This document shows positions 1 to 9,947 of a stretch of 57,250 nucleotides of DNA, piece by piece. Origin of the DNA: an uncultured virus (IMG/VR IMGVR_UViG_3300037488_003672) (Duplodnaviria > Heunggongvirae > Uroviricota > Caudoviricetes); IMG/VR virus record IMGVR_UViG_3300037488_003672; one strand, written 5' to 3'. Each line of letters opens with the position of its first letter. Within the stretch, counting starts at the first letter, position 1. The position numbers were made by a program, and so were the translations under genes. The notes beneath the pieces are model-generated. The model was not told the DNA's origin and made no database searches. It worked only from the letters and a program-made list of their open reading frames with translations.

Positions 1-200
1 GATCTATTTTCAAACTGGCTTTTAATTTAGCTAAAATGCTTTTATCTACCATATTCTTCACACAAATACACAAGAATATAAAGATTATTTTTCGAAAAAT
101 CCAAAAAATAACCATTCACGTGAAAGTATTCTTTTTATGAAATTTGGATCTTAAAAAACCATTATACCCTAACTTTAAATAACTTGCCTACAAAATATTA

Positions 201-755
201 TTGATCAATATGATCTCAAATCAGATCTTATTTTTAGATTTTGATGGAGTTTTCGTACCGAATTTGTTTCGTACAAAAAACAAAAACATCAATACTGCGA
301 ACATTTCTTCCGAAGAGTTCGCCAAAACGGTTCAAATCTATGATCAAATCTCCCGTTTCTTTTTGAACTTCTTTGATTTTCTGCAAGGACTCTTCCCGAA
401 CGCATACACACTCATTCTGACGGGAAGAAAAGAATCTCTTTTAGGGGATTTTACAAGAGAATTGTTAAGAAAAGCTAACATCGTCGATAAAATTAATGAA
501 ATCGCTTTTTATCCCGAAGATAAATCCTATCAGCAAGATGTTTATTTTGATTGGAAAACTTGCTACATTCGAGGTATAATGGATAAGTTTAAAAAAGCGA
601 AAGCAATCGTGCTTGACGATGACTTAGCCTTATTAAAAGAACTTCGTCATAATACAACGCTTCCTCAGCGTCAATTAAAATTTTTATTCTTTGAAGTCAG
701 TGAAATCCCAACTTATACATACTTTTGGGTTGAATCATATTCTTTTTTCACGTGA
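201..755 (+). CDS. HAD-superfamily phosphatase-like protein
   Basis: Motif I LDFDGV, motif II LTGR, motif IV VLDDD; start may be ATG 210. Confidence 0.75.
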   Translation: MINMISNQILFLDFDGVFVPNLFRTKNKNINTANISSEEFAKTVQIYDQISRFFLNFFDFLQGLFPNAYTLILTGRKESLLGDFTRELLRKANIVDKINEIAFYPEDKSYQQDVYFDWKTCYIRGIMDKFKKAKAIVLDDDLALLKELRHNTTLPQRQLKFLFFEVSEIPTYTYFWVESYSFFT

Positions 756-802
756 TTTTTTATGGTTTTATTATTTTCACATTTGAACAATACATTTAAA
801 TA
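747..802 (+). promoter_or_regulatory. Palindrome + TATA module
   Basis: CACGTG 749, TTTAAATA 795 (46 nt), ATG 824. Confidence 0.65.
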
Positions 803-823
803 GATCTAATACATTAAAATAAT

Positions 824-1075
824 ATGGATACACATATTGTGATGAAGGATACTGAAAAACTAAAAGTAAAAGTGATTTTTTCTAATGAATTTACGACTAT
901 TTTAAAAGTTGAAAAATTAAATATTAAATTTTTAGCTTCAAAAAGAGATATAAATCAAAATATTGTCGAAATTTCCGTTTGGCTCTTCAATAATTGGGTT
1001 CCTCTTCAAATCTCAATCAATCGAACTTTAGATGATCTGAGTACAGTTATTCAAATGTTTATTGATAATTTTTAA
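824..1075 (+). CDS. Hypothetical protein
   Basis: 83-aa ORF preceded by TATA box. Confidence 0.65.
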   Translation: MDTHIVMKDTEKLKVKVIFSNEFTTILKVEKLNIKFLASKRDINQNIVEISVWLFNNWVPLQISINRTLDDLSTVIQMFIDNF

Positions 1076-1087
1076 GGAAGTGATCAA

Positions 1088-1594
1088 ATGAGTCAAATTA
1101 ATGTTGCTTCTCGATCTGAGATGATCGACAAAGCTTTAAACGAAGAGAAAACGCTTCTCGAAATCAATCGAGAATTACGTTCTCTCAATATGAAACCCCT
1201 TTCCAAAAAGCAATTTACACAAAAGCTCTCAACAATCAAAAAGAAGGGGAATTATGAAATCGAATATACTCAAAAATTTGCGGGAAAATTTGATAATAAA
1301 ACCTTTTCTCTAAAAAAATATGGCGTTAAAAACTGCGTCAAAGAATGGTTCGAGTTGAAATTGTTGATTGATAAATGTTATCGCATCTCTGAAATGATGG
1401 ATGCTCGAATTAAACCCATTCCACTTCTGAAAACACAATTACACACTGCAACTGTGTCTCAAAACGATCACGCAATCCTTTTAATTCAAACTGAAATTGA
1501 TCGCTTAATTCGAGAATATGATGCGTTAAGTTCGCAACTCAACGCTTTAACTGATAATTATGCAATTAATGAATTAATTGAACCGAGCAATTAA
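1088..1594 (+). CDS. Hypothetical protein
   Basis: 168-aa ORF co-directional with upstream gene, purine-rich sequence before ATG. Confidence 0.7.
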   Translation: MSQINVASRSEMIDKALNEEKTLLEINRELRSLNMKPLSKKQFTQKLSTIKKKGNYEIEYTQKFAGKFDNKTFSLKKYGVKNCVKEWFELKLLIDKCYRISEMMDARIKPIPLLKTQLHTATVSQNDHAILLIQTEIDRLIREYDALSSQLNALTDNYAINELIEPSN

Positions 1595-1648
1595 AAATAT
1601 GAACAAATCAACATCAAAAAAACTTCCTTCACTCGATTTTTTCTTTCT

Positions 1649-1870
1649 TTATGGTAATGAATGAACAAACGAAAGAAGCGTTTTAAATTGCTTTGGCTTG
1701 GCTTCTCTTTTACAATTGGAACAAACACTTTCTTCATCGCAACAGTTAACACAAGTAAAATTGTTGCATTTCTTGCAGATCGAACATTCATAATATCCTT
1801 CTTCTTGATCATCGTTGATTTCAATGTGTTTTTTGCACACAATACACACAATTTCAATCTCGTCAGTCAT
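1649..1870 (-). CDS. Small Cys-rich zinc-finger protein with C-terminal PIP-like motif
   Basis: Four CxxC pairs (CIVC, CSIC, CVNC, CSNC); ends QFKTLLSFV; ATG 1870 preferred over TTG 1894. Confidence 0.65.
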   Translation of the reverse strand: MTDEIEIVCIVCKKHIEINDDQEEGYYECSICKKCNNFTCVNCCDEESVCSNCKREAKPKQFKTLLSFVHSLP

Positions 1871-1952
1871 AGTCTCGATCCTCAAAGCTTTCAATCATTA
1901 TAAATTTCACGTGGTAAATGTTTTTAAATATTTAAAACAATTAAATATTAAT

Positions 1953-3575
1953 ATGAAGAAATCAACTTCAAAAAAACCGAATACAGATTATTATAATCTT
2001 GATGAACTTATTGCAGACGAAATGAAAGCTCACTTGGAATATAAAGTCTATATCCCATTAAATGCTCATTTTAAGGAAATATCTAATCAAGAATTGGAAC
2101 ATCATGCGTTTTTAACGAGCCTTAACCAAACATCAATAAATGTGGATAGTCAAGTATCTCAAATTTCCGAACTAACTCCCGAACGATTAGATGAATTAAT
2201 CAGAGACGAATTGAAAGCGTCTAAGGAATATGCTGATATGGCGAAAGAAAATAACGGGTTCCTTAAACTTGCTACTCAAGAAAAAGAACATTACGATTTT
2301 CTTTGTTCCATTAAAAAAACCCTTTTCACGATTGCTGATACAACGAATTATGGAACTCTTTCCGTTTCCTTTGGGGATAAACAACAAATTGTCAATCTCA
2401 GTAAAATGACCGAACCCTATTTATTTATTTCTAAAGATGGCGTGAAGAAAGGAGAAAAGAAAGCTAAAACGGAAGAAAAGAAATCAGCCAAGACGAAAAA
2501 AGAAGAAGACGAAGAAGAAGAGCGATATTGGACAAATTACATGAACTTACCAAAAGATTCAGCCTCTGAACAATCTGATTATTTTGATCTTGAGAATTAT
2601 AAAGGTTCTTGTTTCAGTGCAAAATCAATTTGGGATTTATTCAATCAAATTATATCAAAATCTGATAAATTATATCCATTTGAAGCACGATATCTCACAA
2701 ATTGGTTTTTTGATAGTTACCATTGGCTTGAATTAAATCCCCACAATACCAATTTAGATTTATGGAGAACAGAATTAATCAAAAGACTTAATATAAAGGG
2801 AGACTTTAAATCTGAATTAAGCGAGATATTATACATTAATCGTAGAATTATTGCTGAGATATTTGAAAGCGAGGTATTATCTATTAATATTAACGAAGCT
2901 TTAAGCGTTAAAAATTTGGGTTTTAATTCCTATCTCTATCTCGATATTGGTATTTTATTAAGTATCATGGATAATATGGCAAAAACAAACGCATTTAGAA
3001 AAACCCAAAATCTCCGACCATTAGATCCCATCGACTTAAATGAATTAACTGGCTTCTTAGATGCTTATAATATTCAATATGATGCAGAGAAACTCAATCA
3101 AGCACAAGAACTCAATCAAGCACAAGAAGCGAAAGATGAAGATGAAGAATCAGAAGATCCTATTACCTCTGATGAATATGGTTTTTGTGTAGTTGGGACT
3201 ATTCATGAAAAATTATGTATTGGTGATGAAATCGAATTAACCGATGACGCTAAAGAAAATTACAACAATAAAAAATATAATGGAAAATGGATTATTACTG
3301 ATTTTACCAATGATCCGAAAGCCAATGGTTATGATTCAAGTCTCTCTCCGCAATATTTAATTAGCTGTATGGGATTAAACATTTCCATTTACGAGTATGA
3401 ATTTGACATTGTAAAACATTTTTCAAAAAAAATCAAAAAAACTACAAAAAAAGCGAAAGATGGACTTTTTCATAAAACTTCTAAACTTCTAAAGGGAGGA
3501 CTGAAAAGAGGCGAACTAAAGCGAATTTCTCAACTAAAAGGATCAAAAATAACCATGATCAAGCGAGATTCATGA
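1953..3575 (+). CDS. Multidomain protein with N-terminal ferritin/rubrerythrin-like repeat
   Basis: Two copies of DE-x2-A-x3-Y...F-x4-QE-x2-H; ATG 1953 follows a TATA box at about 1924. Confidence 0.6.
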   Translation: MKKSTSKKPNTDYYNLDELIADEMKAHLEYKVYIPLNAHFKEISNQELEHHAFLTSLNQTSINVDSQVSQISELTPERLDELIRDELKASKEYADMAKENNGFLKLATQEKEHYDFLCSIKKTLFTIADTTNYGTLSVSFGDKQQIVNLSKMTEPYLFISKDGVKKGEKKAKTEEKKSAKTKKEEDEEEERYWTNYMNLPKDSASEQSDYFDLENYKGSCFSAKSIWDLFNQIISKSDKLYPFEARYLTNWFFDSYHWLELNPHNTNLDLWRTELIKRLNIKGDFKSELSEILYINRRIIAEIFESEVLSININEALSVKNLGFNSYLYLDIGILLSIMDNMAKTNAFRKTQNLRPLDPIDLNELTGFLDAYNIQYDAEKLNQAQELNQAQEAKDEDEESEDPITSDEYGFCVVGTIHEKLCIGDEIELTDDAKENYNNKKYNGKWIITDFTNDPKANGYDSSLSPQYLISCMGLNISIYEYEFDIVKHFSKKIKKTTKKAKDGLFHKTSKLLKGGLKRGELKRISQLKGSKITMIKRDS

Positions 3576-3745
3576 ATTTAAAAATATCGATCAAATAAAT
3601 TCAGAAATGGTTCGTATTGGATAGAATATTTTTTCATCTCTTCTTCATACTCTTTTTTTTCTCAATTCTTCAAACTTCTATATTCATAGAATCGAGCAAA
3701 ATATCGGTTTTTTCGATTTTTTACTTTTACCAAGATAAAATCACA

Positions 3746-3817
3746 ATCGAAAAGCAAAGTATAAGATAATTTCAGTTAATATAAAGAAAAATATGAAAAA
3801 AGAATAATTCACGTGAA
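3746..3817. repeat. Dispersed non-coding repeat, copy 1
   Basis: About 72 bp aligning with 47391-47463 and ending in TTCACGTGAA; weaker similarity extends about 100 bp upstream. Confidence 0.75.
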
Positions 3818-4597
3818 TTATTTTTTAATTGATTTGTATAAACTAATTGAGACAATAATCCATGCTACAATTAAAATTACAATACTTAATACCCAACTTT
3901 CCGATTCTAACAAATATCCAAATTGCGAAAAGCCAAAAATGGCAATTAAGGTGATCATGATATACATTAACGCTTCTCCAAGCGTATCCCATAACCGAAT
4001 TTTCCAAAACGAATATTTTACCATCCCTAACGGAAGAAAAAGCATAGCATCGGAGATAGGGAGAAAATTCATTAAAAAAATCAAATATGGTAATGATTTA
4101 GGATGTTCTTTCACATATAATCCAAATTTAGAACTTTCAAAATTCGTTTTATGTTCGGATAATTTATTTACGCCTCTCCCTAACCAATACGTTGAGAGAT
4201 CACAAATTGATACAATAATAATACATATAATCATATTTACACAAACCCAGATTACATTTGTCGGATAAGGTAAATACCAATACCAATTATATTGAAAGAT
4301 CATGATCGGCAAAACATAAGGCGTTCCAATAGGGATTAAAGCTCCGATAGTTGCACACAAAGCACAAAATAATAATCCTTCCCAAATCGGAATCTCCATG
4401 ATCATAGCATCTTCTCCAAAATACTCTCCAATGGAGAAGACCGAAGCGAAGCCATCATAAAAATACGCCAAAATCGATAATAAGCCAATAATTAGAAAAC
4501 CTATGATTATTATTATGACTTGTGGAGACTTAAACTTAGAATTAGATGTTTTTATTTGATAAGATCCAGATTTTAATTTACCAATATTAAATTTCAT
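3818..4597 (-). CDS. DedA/VTT (SNARE-associated) family membrane protein
   Basis: Multiple TM helices; DLSTYWLGR and FLPISDAMLFLPLGMVKYSFWK are typical of the DedA/YqaA family. Confidence 0.7.
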   Translation of the reverse strand: MKFNIGKLKSGSYQIKTSNSKFKSPQVIIIIIGFLIIGLLSILAYFYDGFASVFSIGEYFGEDAMIMEIPIWEGLLFCALCATIGALIPIGTPYVLPIMIFQYNWYWYLPYPTNVIWVCVNMIICIIIVSICDLSTYWLGRGVNKLSEHKTNFESSKFGLYVKEHPKSLPYLIFLMNFLPISDAMLFLPLGMVKYSFWKIRLWDTLGEALMYIMITLIAIFGFSQFGYLLESESWVLSIVILIVAWIIVSISLYKSIKK

Positions 4598-4656
4598 AAT
4601 TGAATATTGTTCAAGTTGATTAATAAAATTTTAAAAAAATATCTCTAAAATATTAA

Positions 4657-4714
4657 TTCACGTGAAAATTTATTAATAAGCATAAAATAAGTTTAAAACA
4701 AATATATTTAAATA
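4657..4714 (+). promoter_or_regulatory. Palindrome + TATA module
   Basis: CACGTG 4659, TTTAAATA 4707 (48 nt). Confidence 0.65.
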
Positions 4715-4747
4715 CATTAACTACCAAACAAATTCAAAACATATTAA

Positions 4748-5164
4748 ATGGTAATTATTATGGAAAGTCTAACCAAAAATGAAGAATTAAATCAAGATTT
4801 TGAATTAAATCAAGATTTTTACGATCAAGAATTGAAAATCGTTGAAAACGAATCAATTGAAATAAATGAAGGATATAAGAAAGTCTTCGAATTTCCATTA
4901 ACTTTATGCAAAATTTCTCAAATGGATACGATTATATTAAGATCTCCGTGTTCTATATGTATTGATTATAAAAACAAACTATATCGAACGGATTTTCTTC
5001 ACATATATATAACCGATTCTCCAAAGCTTAAAATCACTGTGGGAAGCAATAAAAAGGTATTTCCGTTATTGCTAACTTCTCTGGATAAAAAATATACTTG
5101 TTGCACATCATTTATAATTATAAATGATTATGTTTTTGAACCGAACCATTCTCTCATCATTTAG
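4748..5164 (+). CDS. Hypothetical protein
   Basis: 138-aa ORF containing an 18-bp duplication (ELNQDF x2). Confidence 0.6.
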   Translation: MVIIMESLTKNEELNQDFELNQDFYDQELKIVENESIEINEGYKKVFEFPLTLCKISQMDTIILRSPCSICIDYKNKLYRTDFLHIYITDSPKLKITVGSNKKVFPLLLTSLDKKYTCCTSFIIINDYVFEPNHSLII

Positions 5165-5193
5165 TATTAACATTTTTAACATATTAATCTTTT

Positions 5194-5251
5194 TTCACGT
5201 GAAATACAATATTTTAATTAACCACAAAAACCAAACGATAATATTTATATA
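5194..5251 (+). promoter_or_regulatory. Palindrome + TATA module
   Basis: CACGTG 5196, TTTATATA 5244 (48 nt). Confidence 0.65.
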
Positions 5252-5271
5252 GAATAAACGTCAAAAGTATA

Positions 5272-5342
5272 TTGTTGAATAAATTTTAACACACACACCT
5301 AAAATTTATTCTACACACACACCTTTTTTTCCTTCTTTTTCC
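5272..5342 (+). ncRNA. Candidate small structured RNA or leader
   Basis: Downstream of TATA 5244: 12-bp stem 5277-5288/5300-5311, loop ACACACACACC repeated at 5313-5323, then a T-tract. Confidence 0.3.
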
Positions 5343-5376
5343 TAATAATTATTAATATTTACAGAGATGATCAAAA

Positions 5377-5556
5377 ATGAAACCCAGTAAAAATAAAATA
5401 AAATTATTATCTGAACATTATCAAATTTCAATTAATGTTATCCAAGATCGATTTATCAAAAAACAATGCTTAATGTGTGGTGAAAGTGCATTTAATATCC
5501 CAGTTTGCCGAAACCAAATGATTTATTATTTATGCAAGAACCATCCGATTAAATAA
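5377..5556 (+). CDS. Small zinc-finger protein (59 aa, not in ORF track)
   Basis: Own translation MKPSKN...CLMCGE...YLCKNHPIK*. Confidence 0.55.
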   Translation: MKPSKNKIKLLSEHYQISINVIQDRFIKKQCLMCGESAFNIPVCRNQMIYYLCKNHPIK

Positions 5557-5971
5557 TTAACCAAATGATTAACTATAAATAAATTAATATATCGATCTTT
5601 TTTTTCTACGTTTTTGTAAATTTACTTAACTTCTAAACTAACAGAAAAACATCGATTTTACCGATGAAAATTAATCATAAAATAATATTCACGTGAATGA
5701 ATAAATTAAACCAATTATTGTCTGAAAAACAAACAAAAAACATCGTTTGAAAATAATCAAATTAAACGAAAAAATCTTAATTATTCTTAAGATAAATAAC
5801 AAAAAACTCATCTTATTATGAGTTATATAATAATATAATGATTAAACTCTCGCCAGAAAAAACGTAAAAAATCAACAATAACTCAATAAAAACACAGAAA
5901 AATCAACTCAATTCGAGAAAAAACCGATCTCTCTTCTCTTAATCAAAAACAGCGTAAAAACGAGTTTAAAA

Positions 5972-5998
5972 TGTCGTCTAACTATTAATTAGACGACA
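5972..5998. repeat. Perfect inverted repeat (10-bp arms, 7-nt loop)
   Basis: TGTCGTCTAA-ctattaa-TTAGACGACA. Confidence 0.85.
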
Positions 5999-6023
5999 AA
6001 CACAAGAAAAACAACAAAAAAAA

Positions 6024-6425
6024 CTAAAAAATCACGACTGATCCTTGGTTTTTCTTCTCATAAATCGAAAAAAGAAGATCTTTGATTCTTTCCATCGATT
6101 TGTCATCAATAATAGTCATATTCGCATAAACCGATGAAATTATTTCCCCTACAACTGATCGAATTTTGTTCAAAATACCCATTTGCTCTCGATTTGTTTT
6201 AATTTCATCGAGAATAAACAGATTTCGAATTAACAATGGGTTAGCTTCCTCTATTTTAGGGAATAATTTATTTATTTCGTTATCAAAAAAATCTCTCGCA
6301 AAAGCATGAGAGTTTATATCAATTACCTTTCCGCAAATCGAACATCGATTTATGATGTCCGAATACAATTCATTTTTTCTTCCACATTTTACGCAATTTA
6401 TGCTTACCATATTTTTCTCATCCAC
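6024..6425 (-). CDS. Zinc-ribbon-containing hypothetical protein
   Basis: CVKCG...CSICG at N-terminus. Confidence 0.65.
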   Translation of the reverse strand: MDEKNMVSINCVKCGRKNELYSDIINRCSICGKVIDINSHAFARDFFDNEINKLFPKIEEANPLLIRNLFILDEIKTNREQMGILNKIRSVVGEIISSVYANMTIIDDKSMERIKDLLFSIYEKKNQGSVVIF

Positions 6426-6607
6426 ATTGTTTTATCCATTCAAAAATCAAAATATAAAAAACCCAAAAAAAGAATACAAAAATCAGAGCATAAATGTATC
6501 TCTCTTTCAATTTATTCATCTCTTTTTCCTTCTCTGCTAACTTCTTTTCCATTTCTTCCATATTCAAGCATTACTCCCTATTTTTTTATTTCAAAAATCG
6601 AAAAAAT

Positions 6608-6934
6608 TTAACCTAAAATTTCATCATAAGCGGAAAAAAGAAGATCCTTATTAGGTTTCGAGCCATCTTCCAAACGAAAATCAAAATAAAGACGAGGTTG
6701 ATGTTGAAATGAGAGGGTTCCATTCTGATTTGTTTTTTTATCCGTCACAAAAACGAAGGGAGCTAAAAACGAACGAACAATAAATTTCTCTCGGATTTCG
6801 TCAGTTGTAAAAACATCTTCTTTTCCATAAATCTTAATTAATCTCGCTTTTTCAGATTCAATTGACTCCGATAAAACGCTTTGATTAATAGTTGCAACTA
6901 ATATTCTTCTGATTCCTTCAGTTTCATCTATCAT
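6608..6934 (-). CDS. Conserved hypothetical protein of a type seen in mobile elements
   Basis: FLAPFVFV...GTLSFQHQPRLYFDF resembles a small uncharacterised phage/bacterial family (recall, not searched). Confidence 0.6.
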   Translation of the reverse strand: MIDETEGIRRILVATINQSVLSESIESEKARLIKIYGKEDVFTTDEIREKFIVRSFLAPFVFVTDKKTNQNGTLSFQHQPRLYFDFRLEDGSKPNKDLLFSAYDEILG

Positions 6935-6973
6935 AAAAATTACCTCGAACGTACTCTAATAATATTCCAAAAC

Positions 6974-7030
6974 TATTTAAAACTTTCGTTTCATTAGGCA
7001 TAATAATAATCAACTATAATTTCACGTGAA
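6974..7030 (-). promoter_or_regulatory. Palindrome + TATA module (minus strand)
   Basis: CACGTG 7023-7028; minus-strand TTTAAATA begins 6981 (47 nt). Confidence 0.6.
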
Positions 7031-7170
7031 ATAATATTAAAACAATAAAAGAAAAAGAATTAAAAAAATTATTCAACTCTATGTATATCCAAAGCAGTTT
7101 TGATAGGAAAAAGGAAAAAGGAATATAAATAACTAAACCAATATTTAATCACTCTTCGGGAGAAGATATT

Positions 7171-7812
7171 ATGAAAAAAACACAAATTGCAATCATGGCT
7201 ACATTGGCGTTATTAGTCATGTCTCCATTGATTGAATTAGGTTCGGCATATTATACGACAGATCCAATTGGGGATGCTATCAGAGACGGTTCTTCAATTG
7301 ATATGCCTTATATTGACATTGTGAATTTTACAATAACTCATAATTCAATAATGATCTCGGTTGAAAATGGTTCCTATGAATCAAACGGACACTTTTTAGG
7401 TTTAATGTTTGGCTTTACATTAAAAACAAATATTACTACCCATAAACTCATAGAATATGCTGGATTTGGGGATGAAATAAAGGTCACTACGAATGGACAT
7501 TTATACCTTTATGCATCAGATTTAGGTACGGTTAATATCGATCAAACCGATAACAATACATTAAGTATTAATTTTACTGACGATAATATATTAGAAGAAC
7601 CTACATCCTATTCTCAAATTAATTTAACTGTGAATATATTGACTGCTCATGATACGGTTGGCAATTTACAAGATGCAGTCATTCCTTCCCCAAACTCCCC
7701 AACTAATACATGGAATAATTTTTGGGTTGGATTAGGTTTAACCCCTACCATAATCGGTATTATCGTGATTATTGGAATTGTAGTATTCTTCCTCTATATG
7801 AATAAGCGATAA
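7171..7812 (+). CDS. Secreted, C-terminally membrane-anchored protein (paralog 1)
   Basis: Signal peptide, TDPIGD motif, C-terminal TM followed by NKR. Confidence 0.8.
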   Translation: MKKTQIAIMATLALLVMSPLIELGSAYYTTDPIGDAIRDGSSIDMPYIDIVNFTITHNSIMISVENGSYESNGHFLGLMFGFTLKTNITTHKLIEYAGFGDEIKVTTNGHLYLYASDLGTVNIDQTDNNTLSINFTDDNILEEPTSYSQINLTVNILTAHDTVGNLQDAVIPSPNSPTNTWNNFWVGLGLTPTIIGIIVIIGIVVFFLYMNKR

Positions 7813-7915
7813 GATCGTTTCTTTTTTTCTATTTCTATTAAAATTCATTTCTCATGTGAAAAACATATAAATGAATAAAAGAATATTCAATCATAATACT
7901 TCGGGAGAAGATATT

Positions 7916-8518
7916 ATGAAAAAAATACAGATGTTTTTGTTTGCAACTTTGGCGTTGTTAATAATTTCGCCAATGCTTAAATTGGGATCGGCATATTATA
8001 CAACCGATCCTATTGGTGACGTTAAAAAAAATGGTTCTAATTATGATCAACCTTCAGTTGATATTGTGAATTGTACTATTACTTCCAATTCAATCATAAT
8101 CTCACTTGATAATGGATCTACATATATAAATGGCATTCCTTATGGTGTAATGATTAGTTTTAAGCTTGTTATGAATGTAACTCACTTTAGAGAAGTACTA
8201 TATCAATTTGAAGAACCAGATAGTATCCAAATTGGATCGAGTTACTATCTTGGAGAAGTTACCAATTCATATCCAGATAACAACACTTTAAGTATTGTTT
8301 TAGGAACAAATGTATTAGAAGAACCGACTTCTTATTCTCAATTTAATTTAACTGTTTATTTGGGTACTGCATCTGACACAGTAGGAAGTTATGTTACTCC
8401 AATTACTACTCCCCCCGCAATCAATTGGAATCCGTTTTCGAATTTAGATTCAACCACAATCGGTATTATCGTGATCATTGGAATAGTTGTAGTTGTACTA
8501 TTTATGAAAAAGCGATAA
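7916..8518 (+). CDS. Secreted, C-terminally membrane-anchored protein (paralog 2)
   Basis: Clear paralog of 7171-7812 (LGSAYYTTDPIGD, LEEPTSYSQ); shared upstream TCGGGAGAAGATATTATG places the start at 7916. Confidence 0.8.
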   Translation: MKKIQMFLFATLALLIISPMLKLGSAYYTTDPIGDVKKNGSNYDQPSVDIVNCTITSNSIIISLDNGSTYINGIPYGVMISFKLVMNVTHFREVLYQFEEPDSIQIGSSYYLGEVTNSYPDNNTLSIVLGTNVLEEPTSYSQFNLTVYLGTASDTVGSYVTPITTPPAINWNPFSNLDSTTIGIIVIIGIVVVVLFMKKR

Positions 8519-8548
8519 AAAAGCGTTCTAATCTTTTTTTCTTTGTTT

Positions 8549-9217
8549 TTATCTAATGACTTTAATTATTCCATGTCGAAAATTTTGTACTAATTTCCAT
8601 CGACACACTCCAAACAATCCAACCATGCCGATAAAAACCACAATGTTAATCAGAAAATCACCAAAACAAAATCCAAGAATAGAACCAATTAGCACGAAAT
8701 AATTATCGGAAAGAAACATATTCACCATCGATTCATCATGAATTCCCATTTGAGTTTTATAGAAATGAGTAATATTCTCTCGTTCTAACCATCTTATTAA
8801 GAAAAAGATATCTCCATCCTTTTTTTCCTTTTTTTTCAAGAACAAATACATTAAAAATTCAAAGACTTCAAAAATACTTGAAATAATCAGTGAAAATAAA
8901 ATCGAGTTGAGTAATGAATCCACGATAAATAATTGATAGACAATAATTAAGCCGAATCCAAAAAGAAAATGTCCAATTGACCAATTATCGATAAACATAA
9001 CGTTTTTACTAATTGCTGATATGATTTTATTATCAACAGATGTAAAAAGCATAATGTAGATGATACCTAACATAAAAAGAAGCGTTAAAACAATAAACGC
9101 AATTAAATAATTGAAAATCAATAAGAGAGTTTGTGTTAAAATGATGGAAAGTAATAAACCTAACGTCATTTTCGATTCTTTTGAATATTTTTCTTGAGTT
9201 TGAAGAATAAATTTCAT
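8549..9217 (-). CDS. Integral membrane protein, possible metal-binding membrane enzyme
   Basis: TM helices with WSxxHxxxG, ExxE and ESxxN..D motifs. Confidence 0.6.
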   Translation of the reverse strand: MKFILQTQEKYSKESKMTLGLLLSIILTQTLLLIFNYLIAFIVLTLLFMLGIIYIMLFTSVDNKIISAISKNVMFIDNWSIGHFLFGFGLIIVYQLFIVDSLLNSILFSLIISSIFEVFEFLMYLFLKKKEKKDGDIFFLIRWLERENITHFYKTQMGIHDESMVNMFLSDNYFVLIGSILGFCFGDFLINIVVFIGMVGLFGVCRWKLVQNFRHGIIKVIR

Positions 9218-9266
9218 AATAATAAATGTTTATTTTTCAATCATTTAATTGTTTTCACGTGATATT

Positions 9267-9944
9267 TCATTGATAACAAAGAAAGGGAGATAATTTTCGT
9301 TTAATAAATTTTATTACTTTCTCGTCAAAAATAGTCTGAATATGCGTTGCATGTCCCTTGATCGCCAAACACTGACCATCTCGTAAATGAAATAATTTCT
9401 TTCCATAAAGAAAATGAGAATAGGGAACAATTAAATCGTCAATTCCATGAATCATTGAAACTTTCTTTCCAATTATTTTTCGATCATCCTCTAAATTAAG
9501 GCTTAATTGTTCAAATATCTCTAAATCTTCTTTAGTTATTCGCTTTCTCGTATCAAATATCTTGCGAATATATTCATAATAAAATCCTAATATTACTCCC
9601 ATATCCTTAAAAACAGTATTGGATGTAGGCGATGAAATGGTGATTGTTTTTATCACATATTTATTTGGCGTTAAGCATAACGCATTAAATCCGCCGATTG
9701 AAGATCCAATTAGAATACATTTCTTTTTTCTGCGATTAATAATACGAAGCCAATCTGATTGAGTTTCTTGTAATGATAAACAGTTCCCATTTTTTTTATT
9801 TGATCCTCGGGAATCAATTGCAATAATGGGATTAAGAACTGAACCAAACGAATCTTTAAACCACTTCAACAGATATTCTTTATTACTTCCATACCCATGT
9901 AATAAACAAATTGTCGGACAAGAATCATTAACTTTGAATATCAT
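9267..9944 (-). CDS. Alpha/beta hydrolase
   Basis: LHGYGS, nucleophile elbow GSSIGG, HGxDDxIVP, late His. Confidence 0.85.
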   Translation of the reverse strand: MIFKVNDSCPTICLLHGYGSNKEYLLKWFKDSFGSVLNPIIAIDSRGSNKKNGNCLSLQETQSDWLRIINRRKKKCILIGSSIGGFNALCLTPNKYVIKTITISSPTSNTVFKDMGVILGFYYEYIRKIFDTRKRITKEDLEIFEQLSLNLEDDRKIIGKKVSMIHGIDDLIVPYSHFLYGKKLFHLRDGQCLAIKGHATHIQTIFDEKVIKFIKRKLSPFLCYQ

Positions 9945-9947
9945 AGT

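Noticed and set aside
3813..4268. ORFs starting at the GTG inside the palindrome (3813, 28023, and the 42831 start)
   Set aside because: The start codon is a by-product of CACGTG; these are shadow ORFs or 5' over-extensions
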